Positions 10,852 to 24,370 of a stretch of 64,000 bases of DNA are shown piece after piece. The notes below the pieces were generated by a model. That model made no database searches and was not told the DNA's origin. It saw nothing but the letters and a program-made list of their open reading frames with translations. Position 1 is the stretch's first letter, and every line of letters begins with the position of its first letter. Made by a program: the position numbers and the translations under genes. This DNA comes from Eledone cirrhosa (lineage: Eukaryota): assembly GCA_964016885.1 (NCBI GenBank), contig OZ024740.1, forward strand, positions 132,742,001 to 132,806,000, read 5' to 3'.

Positions 10852-13800
10852 ATGACCTCACTCAGAATAGGCAGCATAAATACGCCTGGCTTGGGATCGT
10901 CATGGAGGCAGGGCCACCTGCTCAACGACCTCAGGTCACTAAACATAGATGTAGTGGCCATCAACGAGACCAGAATCTCCGAAGCACGGGCCTTCTTCGG
11001 CGACTACGATGTGTACGCATCTCCCAGCCGTCCGGGATCGGGGGAAGGAGTTGCTGTGCTTTTTAGGAGGGGTTTGGATCTCGCCATGCGGGCCATCTTC
11101 CTGGACTCAGAAGTTAAGTTGGTGGTGCTGGACGTGACCAGCGGAGACGGGAAAGCTTTCAGGCTAGACGCCGTCTATGCCTCGACAGGAGCAGGGCGGC
11201 CTGATTTCTTCCGGCGTCTGGAGACCTTTCTTGGAACGTCCCGCTCTTTAGTGTTAGTGGGCGACTGGAACGGGATCTTAGATGCACGCTGGGACCGTGT
11301 GGGATTAGCGGATTGGGGAGGAGGGTGCAAGAGTCTCACCAACCTGCTTAGGCATTTTGAACTATCTGACAGTTCGCATAGGGTCATCCAGATCATATCT
11401 AGATAGAGTATTTTGTAGGGAAATAGATAGGTCTAGCATAGGCTGTCCACAATTCAAGATAGTCAGCTACACGGACTACAAATTCAAGATCTGTTTGCTT
11501 GACTTAGATAGGCTTCATAGACGAGGACCCGGCTACTGGAAGCTAAACGGGTCCTTACCAGTTCACAAGGCCTACAGAGACCGGATACCGAACTAGTTAA
11601 GCGGGCGTTGACGGGGCCCATCGTCAAAAACAAGTAGTGGTTTGCTCTGAAAAGAGCAATTAGAATAGAGTCCATTAGGTTTAGTAAGGCTTTAGCAATA
11701 GAGAAAAATAGAGTAGTGAGAATTAGTTAGAAATTTAGACGAGGCGCTTAGCAAAGGCATCGCGACCGACGTACTTGCGGCGAAATTGGCCCGTGACCAA
11801 TTCTTCAATGCAAAGCACGAACTGCGTTGTCAGAGCTAGGGTGAGTGATCTCAGACCTCGAGGGGACGAAAGCCGTTCAATGGGCCCGAGTAGCGGAGGC
11901 GCGTCGTGGCAACAAAGCCACGATACGATCTTTGGTGGACCACGACGTGCGCATGCTACTCGATCCCGGTCAAATATGTGAAGCTTTTCAGCGACACTTC
12001 GCACAGCTGTTCGGGGGCAGCAGCGGGCCGGATCGAGGGATGGACTTTAGTGTCTACCTTGTCGGACTGCCGCGGCTTTCGCCCAGTGAGGCGGAGTGTT
12101 GCGAAAAGCCGATAATAGCCGCTGAAGTACGGGAGGCAATGACTGGCTGCACAAGGGGTAAATCGCCTGGTTTGGATGAACATTACGTACAGATGCAAGA
12201 TTTGTTCGGAGGCATCTTGGCGGACGTCTACTGCAACTGGCAACAGAAAGGGAGAATTCCCAGCTCTGCGAGCCGAGGAGCTGTGGCGCTGCTGAGAAAG
12301 TGTCCGAACAAGGGGGATAACATAGATAATTTCAGGCCCATAACTCTGCTAAACACAGAGTCAAGATTTTGGCCAAGGTGCTAGCAAAGAGATTGGCGCT
12401 TGTCGTTGGTGGTCTGGTGGGAGAGGCGCAGACGTGCGCCATTCCCAACAGATCCATCCACGATAACCTCCACCTCATGCGATACATCGTAGAGAGTGTA
12501 GCTAGGGAACCTGGCACGGGTGGATCCTTGCTCAATTTAGATCAGATGAAAGCTTTCGATAGGGTCGACCATCGTTACCTAGCGGCAGTCCTGAGGGCGA
12601 CAGGCTTTGGGCCCGTCTTCAGAGGCTGGATCGCTGCCATGCACAGCGACATCTGCTCTGTGGTGAGAGTGAACGGTCACCTTTCAGAACCGTTCAACAT
12701 ATTGCGCTCGGTCCGCCAAGGATGTCCCCTCTCGTCTCTCCTGTAGGTATTGACTCTCGAGACATTACTGCACAAACTGGAGACGTTGAGGGGCGTCCCG
12801 CGCGAACTAGGATGCGGAAGATCCGTGTCAGCATATGCGGACGATGTCACCGTAGTGGTGTCGAAGGCCGAACACATCGAGGCGATCGGCACTACACTAA
12901 GAGAATACGAAGCGGTGACAGGAGCAATGATCAACCAGGAAAAGTCAGTGGGCCTGCAGCTCGGCACCTGGAGAGGCAGGTCCATGCCGTCCAACAGCGT
13001 CGTCGTACGCTGGACGGACCGGTTAAATTGCTAGGGGTCTGGTTCGGTCTGGACCTCCATACGGACAAATACTGGGACGAGGTGACGAGCAGGGTGGCTT
13101 CTCTCACCCAGAAATGGGCCGAGAGGAAGCTATCCCCGATGGTCGAGCGGAGGTGGTGAATGCGTACGTCGCATCCGTCATCTACTACCGCCTGACCGTC
13201 GTACCTTGTCCTAAGCCCCGCCTGACTGCGCTGGAGCGTTTGCTCTTTCGCATTTTGTGGAAGGGACGCGCTCCGATGGTCAGGCGGTCCATATCGTGTC
13301 AACACTCGCTACGTGGTGGGCTGGGCATGCCGTGGCTGATGATGAGCAGACACGCGCTCACGCTACGACATCTCCACCTCTTCCTCGACGGTGATCAGGT
13401 GTGGTCGCCGTTTGCTAGACACGTATTTCCCAAGCTCGTCTCCTTGACGGAGCTGCAGTCCTGGGTCAAGCGAAGACCGAGAGGGAGCGCCTGGAGACTG
13501 GAATGTCTTCAGGCGCTCACAGCCCTCGACCAATCGGGCAATGTGATCGGTGGAAACTCCACCTTGGCGTTCTATAGGGGATTAGTGGAGGGGAAGAGCG
13601 ACGACGTACTTGGAGAAATTCTAGGCGTCGACGAAAATCAACTAGCCAATCTCTTCGGAAGGACTTTCGGGCCGGGGCCTATGGACAACTTCCAGAAATC
13701 CCTGGCCTGGCAGTGCTACCGGGGAGCTTTGCCAGTTCGGCATAAACTCTACAGGCATGGAGGTGCCGTCAGCCGGGCATGTCCGAGATGCGCGCAGGGC

Positions 13801-14196
13801 GACGAAAACGTCCTGCACGCACTCGTCCAGTGTCCGAGCATTGCTGACTTGTGGGTTTATGTCGAACACCTGCTGTCACGTGTAGGACGGATCCAGCTAT
13901 CAGCTGAGTCCATCGTGAGGATTGCCCCGCCCCCTTCCTTTAGCCGGGAAGGGCAGGCAGTTTTTATCTGTCTGGTGGCCATGGCGAAAGAGATAGTATC
14001 GTGGACACGTTTGAAAGGGCTGAAGACGAGCACTTACCTCTTCGGTGATGCCCTGATTAACTTTTTCAAATTTCATTTGAAAAGGAAAATCAGGGTAGAG
14101 AGGGAAATGCTCTCTTCCCAGCATTTTGTTGAAAGATGGGTGAGAGAGGCAAGTATGGCCCGAATGAATAGGCCTTCTCTGAGTCTGTGTCTGTAA
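10852..14196 (+). pseudogene. Tx1-like ORF2 of copy 2 (APE-RT-zinc motif), frameshifted
   Basis: SINTPGL, INET, VGDWN, FRPITLLN, DQMKAFD, RQGCPLS, AYADD, CPRCAQGDENVLHALVQC; stop at 14196. Confidence 0.9.
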
Positions 14197-14445
14197 ATTA
14201 AGGGTGGAAAACTGGGAGTGGGCACTTGCCCTGGTGGTCAGGACACTGTGGTCTTTTAATGGGCTTTCTCCAAAATGTCCTTCGGAAGTCTCCCCCATAT
14301 TGGGGAATTTTTCATTGTTTCTTTTTTTTTTGTTAGATCCTCTGTTTGTTTTTGTGTTTTTTTTACACGCAGAAATACCCATTTGTACCGTCCTGTATTG
14401 TCCTGTACAATCTTTAATGTCTAATTTGTGTAAAACCTTGTGGTT

Positions 14446-14451
14446 AATAAA
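14446..14451 (+). terminator. Polyadenylation signal of Tx1-like copy 2
   Basis: AATAAA six nt before the (att)n tract, at the end of a T-rich 3' UTR. Confidence 0.6.
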
Positions 14452-14456
14452 GAAAG

Positions 14457-14498
<42 letters not shown>

Positions 14499-14499
<1 letters not shown>

Positions 14500-14903
14500 T
14501 GAGTCTCAGGTATTGATGTTAGTTAACTGGAAAGTTTGTTGAAATGAATATCAAGCCACTACCTGCAGCCTCAGATATTCAGGACGTATCGGAGGGTTCT
14601 TGCTGTGCCCAGCAAGCATGCCTTTTGAAGCGTTCCAAAAAGCGTGAAGGGGCCAATTTTCTTTAACCATCACTGTAAACTTTTTGAGTTAGTTCCTAGT
14701 GCGCCTATGACAATCGGGATCACTTTGACTTCATGGCAGTTCCAAATCCTTTTTACCTCCCACTTTAAGTCCTGGTATCGGTTAATGTTCTCCCTCTCCT
14801 TCTCTTGCACTCTCGTGTCGAATGGGCAGGCCACATCCACAATCAGGCACGATCTTTTTTCTTTGTCCACAACCACCAGGTCAGGTCTATTGTCTTCCAG
14901 TTT
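14499..14903 (-). mobile_element. Short 3' fragment of R4/Dong family B (REL domain + 3' UTR)
   Basis: NRPDLVVVDKEKRSCLIVDVACPFD..ERENINRYQDL. Near-identical to 20033-20425. Bounded by (TTA)n and (TTC)n. Confidence 0.9.
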
Positions 14904-14928
14904 CTTCTTCTTCTTCTTCTTCTTCTTC

Positions 14929-14974
<46 letters not shown>

Positions 14975-15118
14975 AGTTGCATTTATCTTGCTTTATGTTC
15001 ATACGAGTTATCACCAAGTCACAACCAGTGACCTCAAGAGACAACAAGGTTTCGCCATGTTCAAGAAAGAACATACATATTCACACATGCATCTTTAGTG
15101 TTTAGACTTGTTATGTAC

Positions 15119-18100
15119 TTATATTGACAGAATGTTCCTTAGTATATGGGCAGTTCCCATTAGTACTATCTTTTGTATTTCTCCTATACGCGGGTTTCCT
15201 TGGATTTGCGATAAGTAATCATTAGACCCCTTAGGTATCATTCCCAGAGCGCCTACAACCACTGGTATTGTTTTAGTTCTCAATTTCCACATTTTTCCAA
15301 TTTCTATCTCCAGGTCCCTATACTTGCTCAATTTTTCAAATGTTTTTATAGATACATTCTGGTCTATTGGAACAGACATATCAATTAGCAGGCATACCGT
15401 CTTTTGAAAGTCTTTCAATATTATATCAGGATTGGCAGTATCGGTAGAGGGTCGGACGCCATGCTTTCCAGCATAGTTACGTCCCTTTACGATCTGAGTT
15501 CAAATCCCACCGAGGTTGACTTTGCCTTTCATCCTTACGGGGTCGATAAAATAAAGTACCAGTAATGAACTGGGAAATTGCTGGCCTTGTGCCTAAAGTA
15601 GAAACAAATATTATATCAGGTATGTTTGCATCTATTTTTCGGTCTGTTTGGATGCTAAAGTTCCACAAGTTCGAGATGTGATCTTTTTCAAGTATGGGAG
15701 GTGGTTGATGCTCCCACCAATTCTTTTGATGGGGCAGGTCAAAATGCTTACACATTATCCAATGTATGTATTGTGCAGCTCTGTCATGCCTGTTTAGGTA
15801 TTCGGTTGGAGCCATAGGACTGCACATTGAAATTATATGGTCAATGGTCTCTGGTTGTTTTTTGCATACACGGCATAATGGGCTCCACCCATTTTCTATT
15901 ATGTTGGCTTGGTAATTTTTTGTTGGCAGACACTGATCTTGTGCTGATATAATCAGTCGTTCAGTCTCCGATTTCAGTCCAGAGGATGCCAACCACTGAT
16001 GGGTTAAAGATTTGTCAACATCAGGATTGTTAGCTCGCTCTGGGTATTTTCCATACAGAGGCTTTTCTTGCCATTTCTTAGCCAGTTTCTGTAGCAGTTC
16101 TTTCTTTGCAGTTACTTTTACCTGCTTTGCTTTTTCTGTGATTTCTATTTCAGCAGTAAATGGGACTTCTGAAATTTGTAGTCCATTACTGTATCTTTGT
16201 GCATCTTTTGTAATGGAATATGATATTTTGATGCTTTCGTGTTTCAAAACGAGTTTGATCATCCAATCATGTGATTCCCTTAGATATGTAGATAATTCAA
16301 TTGTTGCAGTTTTCAACGCAATGTCTAACTGGATTAACCCACGTCCTCCTTCTTTCCTAGGGAGATATATTATATCTATATCTGCCTTAGGGTGATACAT
16401 TCTGTGCATGGTTAAGAATTTTCGAAATTTTGTATCGAGCCTACGGATCTCTGTGCTTGACCAGTTGATGACATTGTAACTGTAGGTTACTACTGGTATG
16501 GCAAGCGTGTTTATGGCATCGATCCTATTCCTTGCATTCAATTCCGTTCTTAAGATTGCTCTTACCCTGCGGTAACATTTCTTCCTTATCCTTTCCCTCA
16601 TTGTCGATTGCTTGATTCCGTCTCCTTCACAAACACCTAGATATTTGTAAGTTTTTCTTGATCATGTTCTCTTATCACGTTCCCCCGATCAAGATTAATG
16701 TCTGAACTCTTCAGCAGCTTTCCTCTGGTGAACATTGCTTTGGCGCATTTATCTAGTCCAAACTCCATTTTAATGTCATCACTGAACTGCTCCACAGTGG
16801 ATAATAGCCCTTGCAATTGTTCATCATTTTTTGCAAATAGTTTCAGGTCATCCATGTAGAACAGGTGATTAATGGTTTTGTCATAGACTTTATATCCATG
16901 TTTTGTTTCATTGAGCATTTTACTTAATGGTATAAGTGCGATGCTGAATAAAAGCGGTGATAAAGATTCACCCTGAAAAATTCCACAATTAATATTAACT
17001 TCTCCAGCTTCCAGTGATTTTGTTTCACTATTCAAAAGGAGTGTCGTTTTCCATGTCTTCATACTGAATGACAAAAACCTCCTGACAACGGGGGATATTT
17101 TGAAAATCTCTAAACATTTTTCAATCCAACTGTGTGGCAAACTATCAAATGCTTTTTTATAATCTATCCAAGCAATCGATAGATTTTTGTGTCTATTATG
17201 ACAATCTTCCAGTATCATTTTGTTAACCAGAAGCTGATCCTTACAGCCATATGAGCCTCGTTTACACCCTTTCTGCTCAATGGGAAATAGGTCATTTGTT
17301 ATCAGGTGGTCATATGTATATTCAGTTAGGACTGATGTTAAAATGTTATACATTGTGGTCAAGCAAGTTATCGGTCTGTAATTTTTGGGATTGTTTGTCT
17401 CATCATTCTTCGGAAGCAGCAATGTAATGCCGTTAACTAGCCATGATGGTATCTTTTCTGGCTCCTTAACTATTTCATTGTAAAGTTGGGCTAACAGCTC
17501 ATGAGACTCTGTGAAGGCATTTATCCAAAGTTTTGTATTTTGTCTTTTCCTGGGATTTCCATTTGCTGCTTTTTCTTAGAGCCAAGCGCAACTGTTCAAC
17601 TGTTATATTTTCCCATATTTGTTCCTCAAGGTGAGCTGTATCTTTCATTTGTCTGTCTATCCATGGGGCATGTATGTTATGAACTTTTTCTTCGGCCCAG
17701 ATCTTTTCCCAGAATTCTTGCACTTCCTCCTTGGGTGGTATTGATTTAGCAGTTATTGTTGACTTACCAATTTTTCTGTAGAAGTTTCTTTGGTTGTTTT
17801 GGAACATATTATTGTCCTTATAGAATCTAGATCGTTTTTCAAAGCGCCTTATACGAGCAGCTTTGGCCGACACTTTTTGCTTGATTATTTCTATCAGCAT
17901 GTCTATGTCACATGTTGATTTTATACTGTACTTTTTTTTCAATTTTCTAAGTTTAGTTTGTTTAACATGTTCACCTATTTTATAGTTTGTTAAAATTTCT
18001 ATGTCAGATCGGAGAAGGTTTATTTGGCGATTGATGTTCTCTTGCCAAGTAGATTTCTTGTGAGAATTCCTTTCTTTTTTCATCTTCACTCCACATAAGT

Positions 18101-18956
18101 GAGTGGTGACTTTAGCCGATGCATAATAGAGATGATTTAAATCAGTAATGTTTAGTTTGTTTGTGATGATAATGTTTTTGAGAATTATGTTAGTCTTGTG
18201 TATTAACTTTTGGTTCTGTTTGGAGTTCTGGATCTTAGGGAGGGTGTCTCGTTGCCCCATGTCAGATTCTTTCATTTTCATCCATTCGATCATAATTTCA
18301 TCCTTCAAGTTGGCAAGTTCATTCTCATTCATTTCTTTATCATTTACGATCTCATTATTTTCATTTTGAGTTTCATCCTGAGCATGCACTTCCTCCACTT
18401 TTTCGACCCTTTCTTTAATTTGTTCTGTTGCCAGTGATTCCGTCCCAACCCTGGGGTTCGAAGTGTTACAGTTTACCTCGTTTTCACTGACACATGTTTC
18501 ATTTTCCCTTCGCTGACTTTGTGCTAATAGCTTGATCTGATCAATTTCTATATCAGTTAGTAACATTTTTCTTACAATATTTCTTCGTATATTGGCTAGT
18601 TTGTTACTGTCAATATAGCCTCTGTTTTCGGGATGTTTCTTTTTCCAGTTGATATATGTCTGTTCTGTATTCGATGTATTTGATGGGTAGTACATGGCAG
18701 TGTAGAAAGCATCAAGGACTTCTTTATTATCTTCCCTTGACCATTTTTCTCTCTTTTTCTTTGGATTTCTTGGTGGTGAGCATGGAGGGCCAACAGTAGG
18801 AGTATTCCGGTTATGGGAGGTCTCCAGCTCCGAAGTGATGGGAAGGTTTGAACCATTAGCTGATTTTTCGACCCCAGTCTGGTTCCTCTCTGAGGGACGC
18901 GGCCCTTTTTTACCCGGGTGACGGCCGATCCGGTATGAGATTTTATCATTAGACAT
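15119..18956 (-). pseudogene. R4/Dong single ORF (N-terminal domain, RT, CCHC, REL endonuclease), broken by frameshifts near 17520 and 16640 and by a SINE
   Basis: [72 protein letters not shown]....C, RHD, PDII..LIDMS. Confidence 0.92.
15431..15606 (+). mobile_element. tRNA-derived SINE inserted into the R4 endonuclease domain
   Basis: 14-bp target-site duplication aatattatatcagg at 15417-15430 and 15607-15620. Confidence 0.95.
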
Positions 18957-19208
18957 TTACTTTATTTTGTCGCGTTTTCTCCTTATCCGCCAAGGGGTAA
19001 TCATTTCGTGTTACCACTTCTAGAACGAGTGTCAACCAAGACTAGAGGGGTCGTTCTCCCCTAGAGACACGGCTATTCCCCGCCGGCCGCCATCCCGGTA
19101 TTTCTTGGTCACGGGGTTTTCTTTTTGTTGTTTTTTTTAAAATTGTTATTATCATGAGTGGTTCCTTAATGTGAGCATTGCGTGGCTTAAGAATGAAATT
19201 ATTAATAT

Positions 19209-19255
19209 GTGTCTCCACTTCAGGCACAAGGCCAGCAATCACCCAGTGCATTACA
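19209..19255 (-). mobile_element. 3' fragment of the SINE
   Basis: aggcacaaggccagcaatcacccagtgcattac is the reverse complement of the SINE 3' body. Confidence 0.75.
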
Positions 19256-19261
19256 ATAATA

Positions 19262-19990
19262 TAATATACTTTTTGCTGTAGTTGCCTGTTATTGTTGTTG
19301 GCTATGTCGGTGGTGGTGCCGGGGCTTTTTATATTGTTGGTGAGGAAGGTGTGAGCCAGCAGCCCCATAGTTGTTGATGTTGACGTTTGGCCGGTGGCCA
19401 GGTCACTAAGTCAATCTATTTATATCTTTTGCTAGCCTCTCCCTTGTCTAGTGATACCGCCACCTTCCCCTTTCTCTCTCAAGTTAACAGGGGAATAGTG
19501 GTGGTAGCAATAAAGGAGTGGTGGCGGCGGCGATGGGATAGTGGTAGCAAGATGATGGATGGGGTGGTGGCGGCGGTGGCTTCGTGGTTAGTGGGTTTTG
19601 TGATATGTAGTATCTATGAGTTTGTGTTCGTATGTTTAATATATATTGTGTTGACATATTCCCGTAAAATTGGAATTAAACATTTTGTTAAAATTTGAGA
19701 CAATAATAATAGTAATTATTATTATCATGCCGGGATTGATGGTGGTGGTGGTGAAATTGCCGTTATCTGGCTATTATATTTAGTGTGATGGGATAGTTGG
19801 CGTATCAACTTTCTGGTGTTGGTGAAATTGCTGTTATTTGGCTGTTCTATATAGTGTAGACAGAGGGTGTTTTCTTCCATTTATAACCATTTTCTTTTTT
19901 TGAATACAAAATATATAATACAAAATTGAATATTTGAGCGATATAACAATATAATATGGATCCGAAATTTTATGGGACTTCATTCGGTGG
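19262..19990 (-). mobile_element. Possible 5' UTR/ORF1 N-terminal remnant of another LINE (Tx1-like composition)
   Basis: The minus strand is ACC/AAC-rich, like the ORF1 N-termini of the two Tx1 copies, and begins at a (TTA)n tract. No diagnostic motif. Confidence 0.3.
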
Positions 19991-20032
19991 ATTATTATTA
20001 TTATTATTATTATTATTACTGCTGTTATTACT

Positions 20033-21429
20033 CTTTGAGTCTCAGTCATTGATGTTAGTTAACTGGAAAGTTTGTTGAAATGAATATCAAGCCACTACCT
20101 GCAGCCTCAGATATTCAGGACGTATCGGAGGGTTCTTGCTGTTCCCAGCAAGCATGCCTTTTGAAGCGTGAAGGGGCCAATTTTCTTTAACCATCACTGT
20201 AAACTTTTTGAGTTAGTTCCTAGTGCGCCTATGACAATCGGGATCACTTTGACTTCATGGCAGTTCCAAATCCGTTTTACCTCCCACTTTAAGTCCTGGT
20301 ATCGGTTAATTTTCTCCCTCTCCTTCTCTTGCACTCTCGTGTCGAATGGGCAGGCCACATCCACAATCAGGCACGATCTTTTTTCTTTGTCCACAACCAC
20401 CAGGTCAGGTCTATTGTGTTCCAGTTTCTTTTCCTTCTGTAACCTAAAACCCCACAGCACCATCACCTGATCGTTTTCTATCACCGCCTCTGGCTTATGC
20501 TCATACCACTTCTCAGAATGTGGTAAATTGTTTACTTTGCATAGGTGCCAGTGGATCACCCTGACAATCACATCATGTCTCCAGCCCTTATAGTGAGTCT
20601 GGGCTAGGTGTTTACACTCGGATACAATGTGAGCCACAGTCTCCTCTCTCTCTCCACAGATCCTGCACTGTGGGCTAGCCTCCTCCTTGTAAATATGGTG
20701 TTTCAACCACTTCGTTTTGAGGGCTTGCTCCTGCGCAGCCATTAACATTCCTTCTGTAGCCTGTTTAAGGTCTCCTCTTTTCAACCAGTTCCATGTCTGT
20801 GGATCTCTACATTCAGTTTTCTCAAAGAAGGTACTATGAAGGGATTTTTTCCTGAAGACTGCTCTTTCTCCTTGTTGTTATTTCCTCCTTGGACATCCCC
20901 TTGCCTATTGTCCCCTCCTTCAGTACAGTTCTGAGCATTGGCTCCTTACTATCAGTCACGTATTTGTGTAGGTTGTTTTTCTCCATCTGAACACAGTCAT
21001 CTATACTGATAAGTCCTCTTCCAACTTCAGATCTCCTTAAGTAGAGTCTATCGACATCACTCCTCTTGTGGAACATGTTGTAGATAGTCAATAGCTTCCT
21101 AGTCTTCCTATCCATTTCTTTTTGTTCAGCAACATTCCATCTAAGAATTCCCGCACAGTATCTAATAATAGACACAGCTCGGGAATTTACTGCACTTATG
21201 GCATTCCTACTGTTCAGATGTGACTTTAATACGCTCCTTACTCTCCGAATGTATTCAGTTCTTATCAATTCCTTCATTTTTTTGTTCTTGATGTCATCAG
21301 CCTCCAGAACGCCCAAATACTTGTATCCTTCTTCAGAGTCAATTTCCTTTATCATCTCACCTGTTGGTACCTGGATTCCGTTACTTCTGCTCAACTTACC
21401 CCTCTTCATCACAATGACTCCACACTTAC

Positions 21430-21430
<1 letters not shown>
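20033..21430 (-). mobile_element. 5'-truncated R4/Dong family B copy (post-RT region, CCHC, REL, 3' UTR)
   Basis: SKCGVIVMKRGK, YKYLGVLE, LYLRRSEVGRGL, TEGMLMAAQEQAL, CRICGEREETVAHIVSEC, RHD, NRPDL. (TTA)n on both sides. Confidence 0.92.
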
Positions 21431-21461
<31 letters not shown>

Positions 21462-21463
<2 letters not shown>

Positions 21464-21570
21464 CAAATCCCACCGAGGTTGACTTTGCCTTTCATCCTTA
21501 CGGGGTCGATAAAATAAAGTACCAGTAATGCACTGGGTAATTGCTGGCCTTGTGCCTAAAGTAGAAACAG
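21462..21570 (+). mobile_element. 5'-truncated SINE in (TTA)n
   Basis: Starts inside the B box (tcaaatccc) and ends gtagaaacag(tta)n. Confidence 0.9.
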
Positions 21571-23624
21571 TTATTATTATTATTATTATTATAATTATTA
21601 TCGTTGTTGTTGTTGTTGTTGTTGTCTGTGTTGTCATGATGGTATATTACAATAACTTCTATTCTTGTTCGTGGTCATTTTGGTCATATTTATACGAAAA
21701 AAGATATCATCAAATTAATATAATCAAGCAGGAATATTGATATGATATGAGACACACAGGGGCATAGCGTATGTATATATAAACGTGTATATGTTTGTCT
21801 GTGTGGCTTATGGGGGTTGAGCTGTATAAAAGCTTGTCTTAAAACGTCCTAAATTGAAGACACGATTTTGTTTGAATTTTATATAATATCATTATTGATT
21901 TTTTTAAATATATTTCCTATTAAATCCATATTTAAGAGTGTGTATAATGTGCCTGCAACTGTGTGTGTGCAAAGTGTATTTTCATTCATCCATTCATATG
22001 AGACAAATTTAATGTATGAACAACAGAAATGTTAAAATTATACGCCTCACTATGAAAACATCTATAAATATAAATATGTTTTCTGGTTATACGCTTCCAA
22101 CAATGAACATTATAGGAAATGCTTAGGCATTTGTCACAGTGAGGTAAATGTTTACGGAAGTTAAGCTCATTTACTTTACCGCCCACGGAGGGAAAACATG
22201 TGCTGTCGTTATCCAAACTACACACAAACGGGATTTAGAATTAATTGAACCACCAAATTTTCATACACTGCATTCATGATTTCATAATGACGTGATTAAA
22301 TATATAACAAATACGTTCCGGAAATATTCATACACACACATTAAATACCGTCATACACATGTGTATACATACACCTACGTACATACATACATATCTATAA
22401 TCAATTACAAAAGTGGTTTACACTGATACTTAAGTTTGGTTGGGTTTACCACCAACTCATTCAGTCTGAGTGATGGAGTTATTTGCAGGAAGATTCATAA
22501 TTATGTAGGATATTTCTAAAGCTAAGAGTACAAAACTCTAAAACATCTCAATTAACTAAATTAAAATACTTATGGTGAAACTCTACGCATGTAATGGCGA
22601 TAAGTCTAATAAATAGGAGTAACATAGATGCAAGGGATGGCATGTAATATGGGTTAAATCGAATTTTATTCTGGCCAAGCCCATCTCCTGGGTAGGAAAT
22701 TATAGAGGTGTTGTGTTCAAATTTATCGTTGTGGTAAGCTGGGGGTCAGGAGATAAAAGTAATGTGGGTGTGGGTAGTGCTTGTGGGTGGGTAGAAGAGA
22801 ATAGGAAGGGGATGGGGCTTAATGGTCATAGGATAATCGTGGAGAGATTGAGAGGTAAGAATATGTACCGAAGAGACGTAGAAGTTGGAGGAGTACTTTT
22901 AAGAAAAGTATGAATTAAAAAGTGGATCATATAGAAATAAATAAGTATGTTGAGGAGTGAATAGGATGAAATAAAATAAGACAGGATCAAGTGAAATTTA
23001 AGTGTTTAGAAATATATAACTAAGTGGATAGCATGGACGGGTGACATGCGGTAGGGTGTGTGTACTATACGTATGCTTACTGCATGCACACCAACACATA
23101 TACGTATACCGAGGAATTTTAATAATATTACATAAAAATACATGAATAAGCATATCAATTAATACTATAAAGAAAAAATATATGTTAGTATATAAATGAG
23201 TAGCTTACATTCATAGAAAACAGACACTTTACCACAAGTTTATTTTCTACGTGTATATTGACGAGATTATTATTAATTTCTAAGCCCTTAAATTTTACTC
23301 CAGCTTTTTTATATTCTATGTCATCCTATTTACTCATCCTATTAACTCACCTATTTATTAAACTCTTTAGCCATTTGCCCATTTATTTTTATATAACCAC
23401 TTTTTTTTTATTTTTTATTTAAATACTCAAACTTCTAAGCTGTGTCTGTACACCTCTCCTTCTACTCCCCTCCTATCCACTAACTACACCTACCCTCACC
23501 CATATTACTTGAACTGATACACTCAATGCTGTAGCTCCCTACTTCCTCCGTCAGCCCAGCTTACGGTAATGATAAATTGAAGCACAGCTCTAAGACTAAC
23601 GACTTCCTGGTGCCGCGGTCGGGG

Positions 23625-23661
<37 letters not shown>

Positions 23662-23683
23662 ATCTCTCTCACTTTTCGTCACT

Positions 23684-23733
<50 letters not shown>

Positions 23734-23781
23734 TATGTATACGTACATACATATATGTATACAGACGTACATTAGTATGTA

Positions 23782-23828
<47 letters not shown>

Positions 23829-24370
23829 GCACACATATATATATTTACGTATGGATTCACCGAACATTTATTATAATGCTCGGTGTGTTTGTAAACAAAC
23901 ATCCCGAATTAAGCCGTACAGCGTCTAGCAACCATCGTTGCTAATTTGTTCAACGATAGCTAATAAGCTTGAAACTAGTACAGCGTTCCTTTGTCAGTGT
24001 TGAACAAATGAGCAACGATGGTTGCTAGACACTGTACGGCTTAATTCGGGATGTTTGTTTACAAACACACAAAGCGTTATAATAAATGTTCGGTGAATCC
24101 ATACGAACATATAGATATGTGTGCATGTATGTATATATATATATATATACATACTACTGTACGTCTGTACACATATATGTATGTATACTTATATTTAAGT
24201 AACAGCCGTACTAAGAGTGAGAAATGAAATTTCGTTTCATTTTTTCCGTTTATCGTTTTCGGTACCCCGACCGATTAACTCACTTGATATGCAATTTAGG
24301 CTGCTCAGCCGTTAATATGCATAAGGACAGTATATACTTTCAGGCATTCAACCATCTGGCAGGAAAGTAT

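Larger units (their letters stand above)
8622..14457 (+). mobile_element. Full-length Tx1-like non-LTR retrotransposon copy 2 (diverged sister family), inserted in (TTA)n
   Basis: 5' UTR, ORF1, ORF2 and a T-rich 3' UTR with AATAAA. (att)n lies on both flanks (8595-8622, 14458-14498). Confidence 0.92.
14974..19125 (-). mobile_element. Full-length R4/Dong-clade retrotransposon, family A
   Basis: GC-rich 5' UTR, a single long ORF and a 3' UTR ending in (TAA)n. Interrupted by a SINE. Confidence 0.92.
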
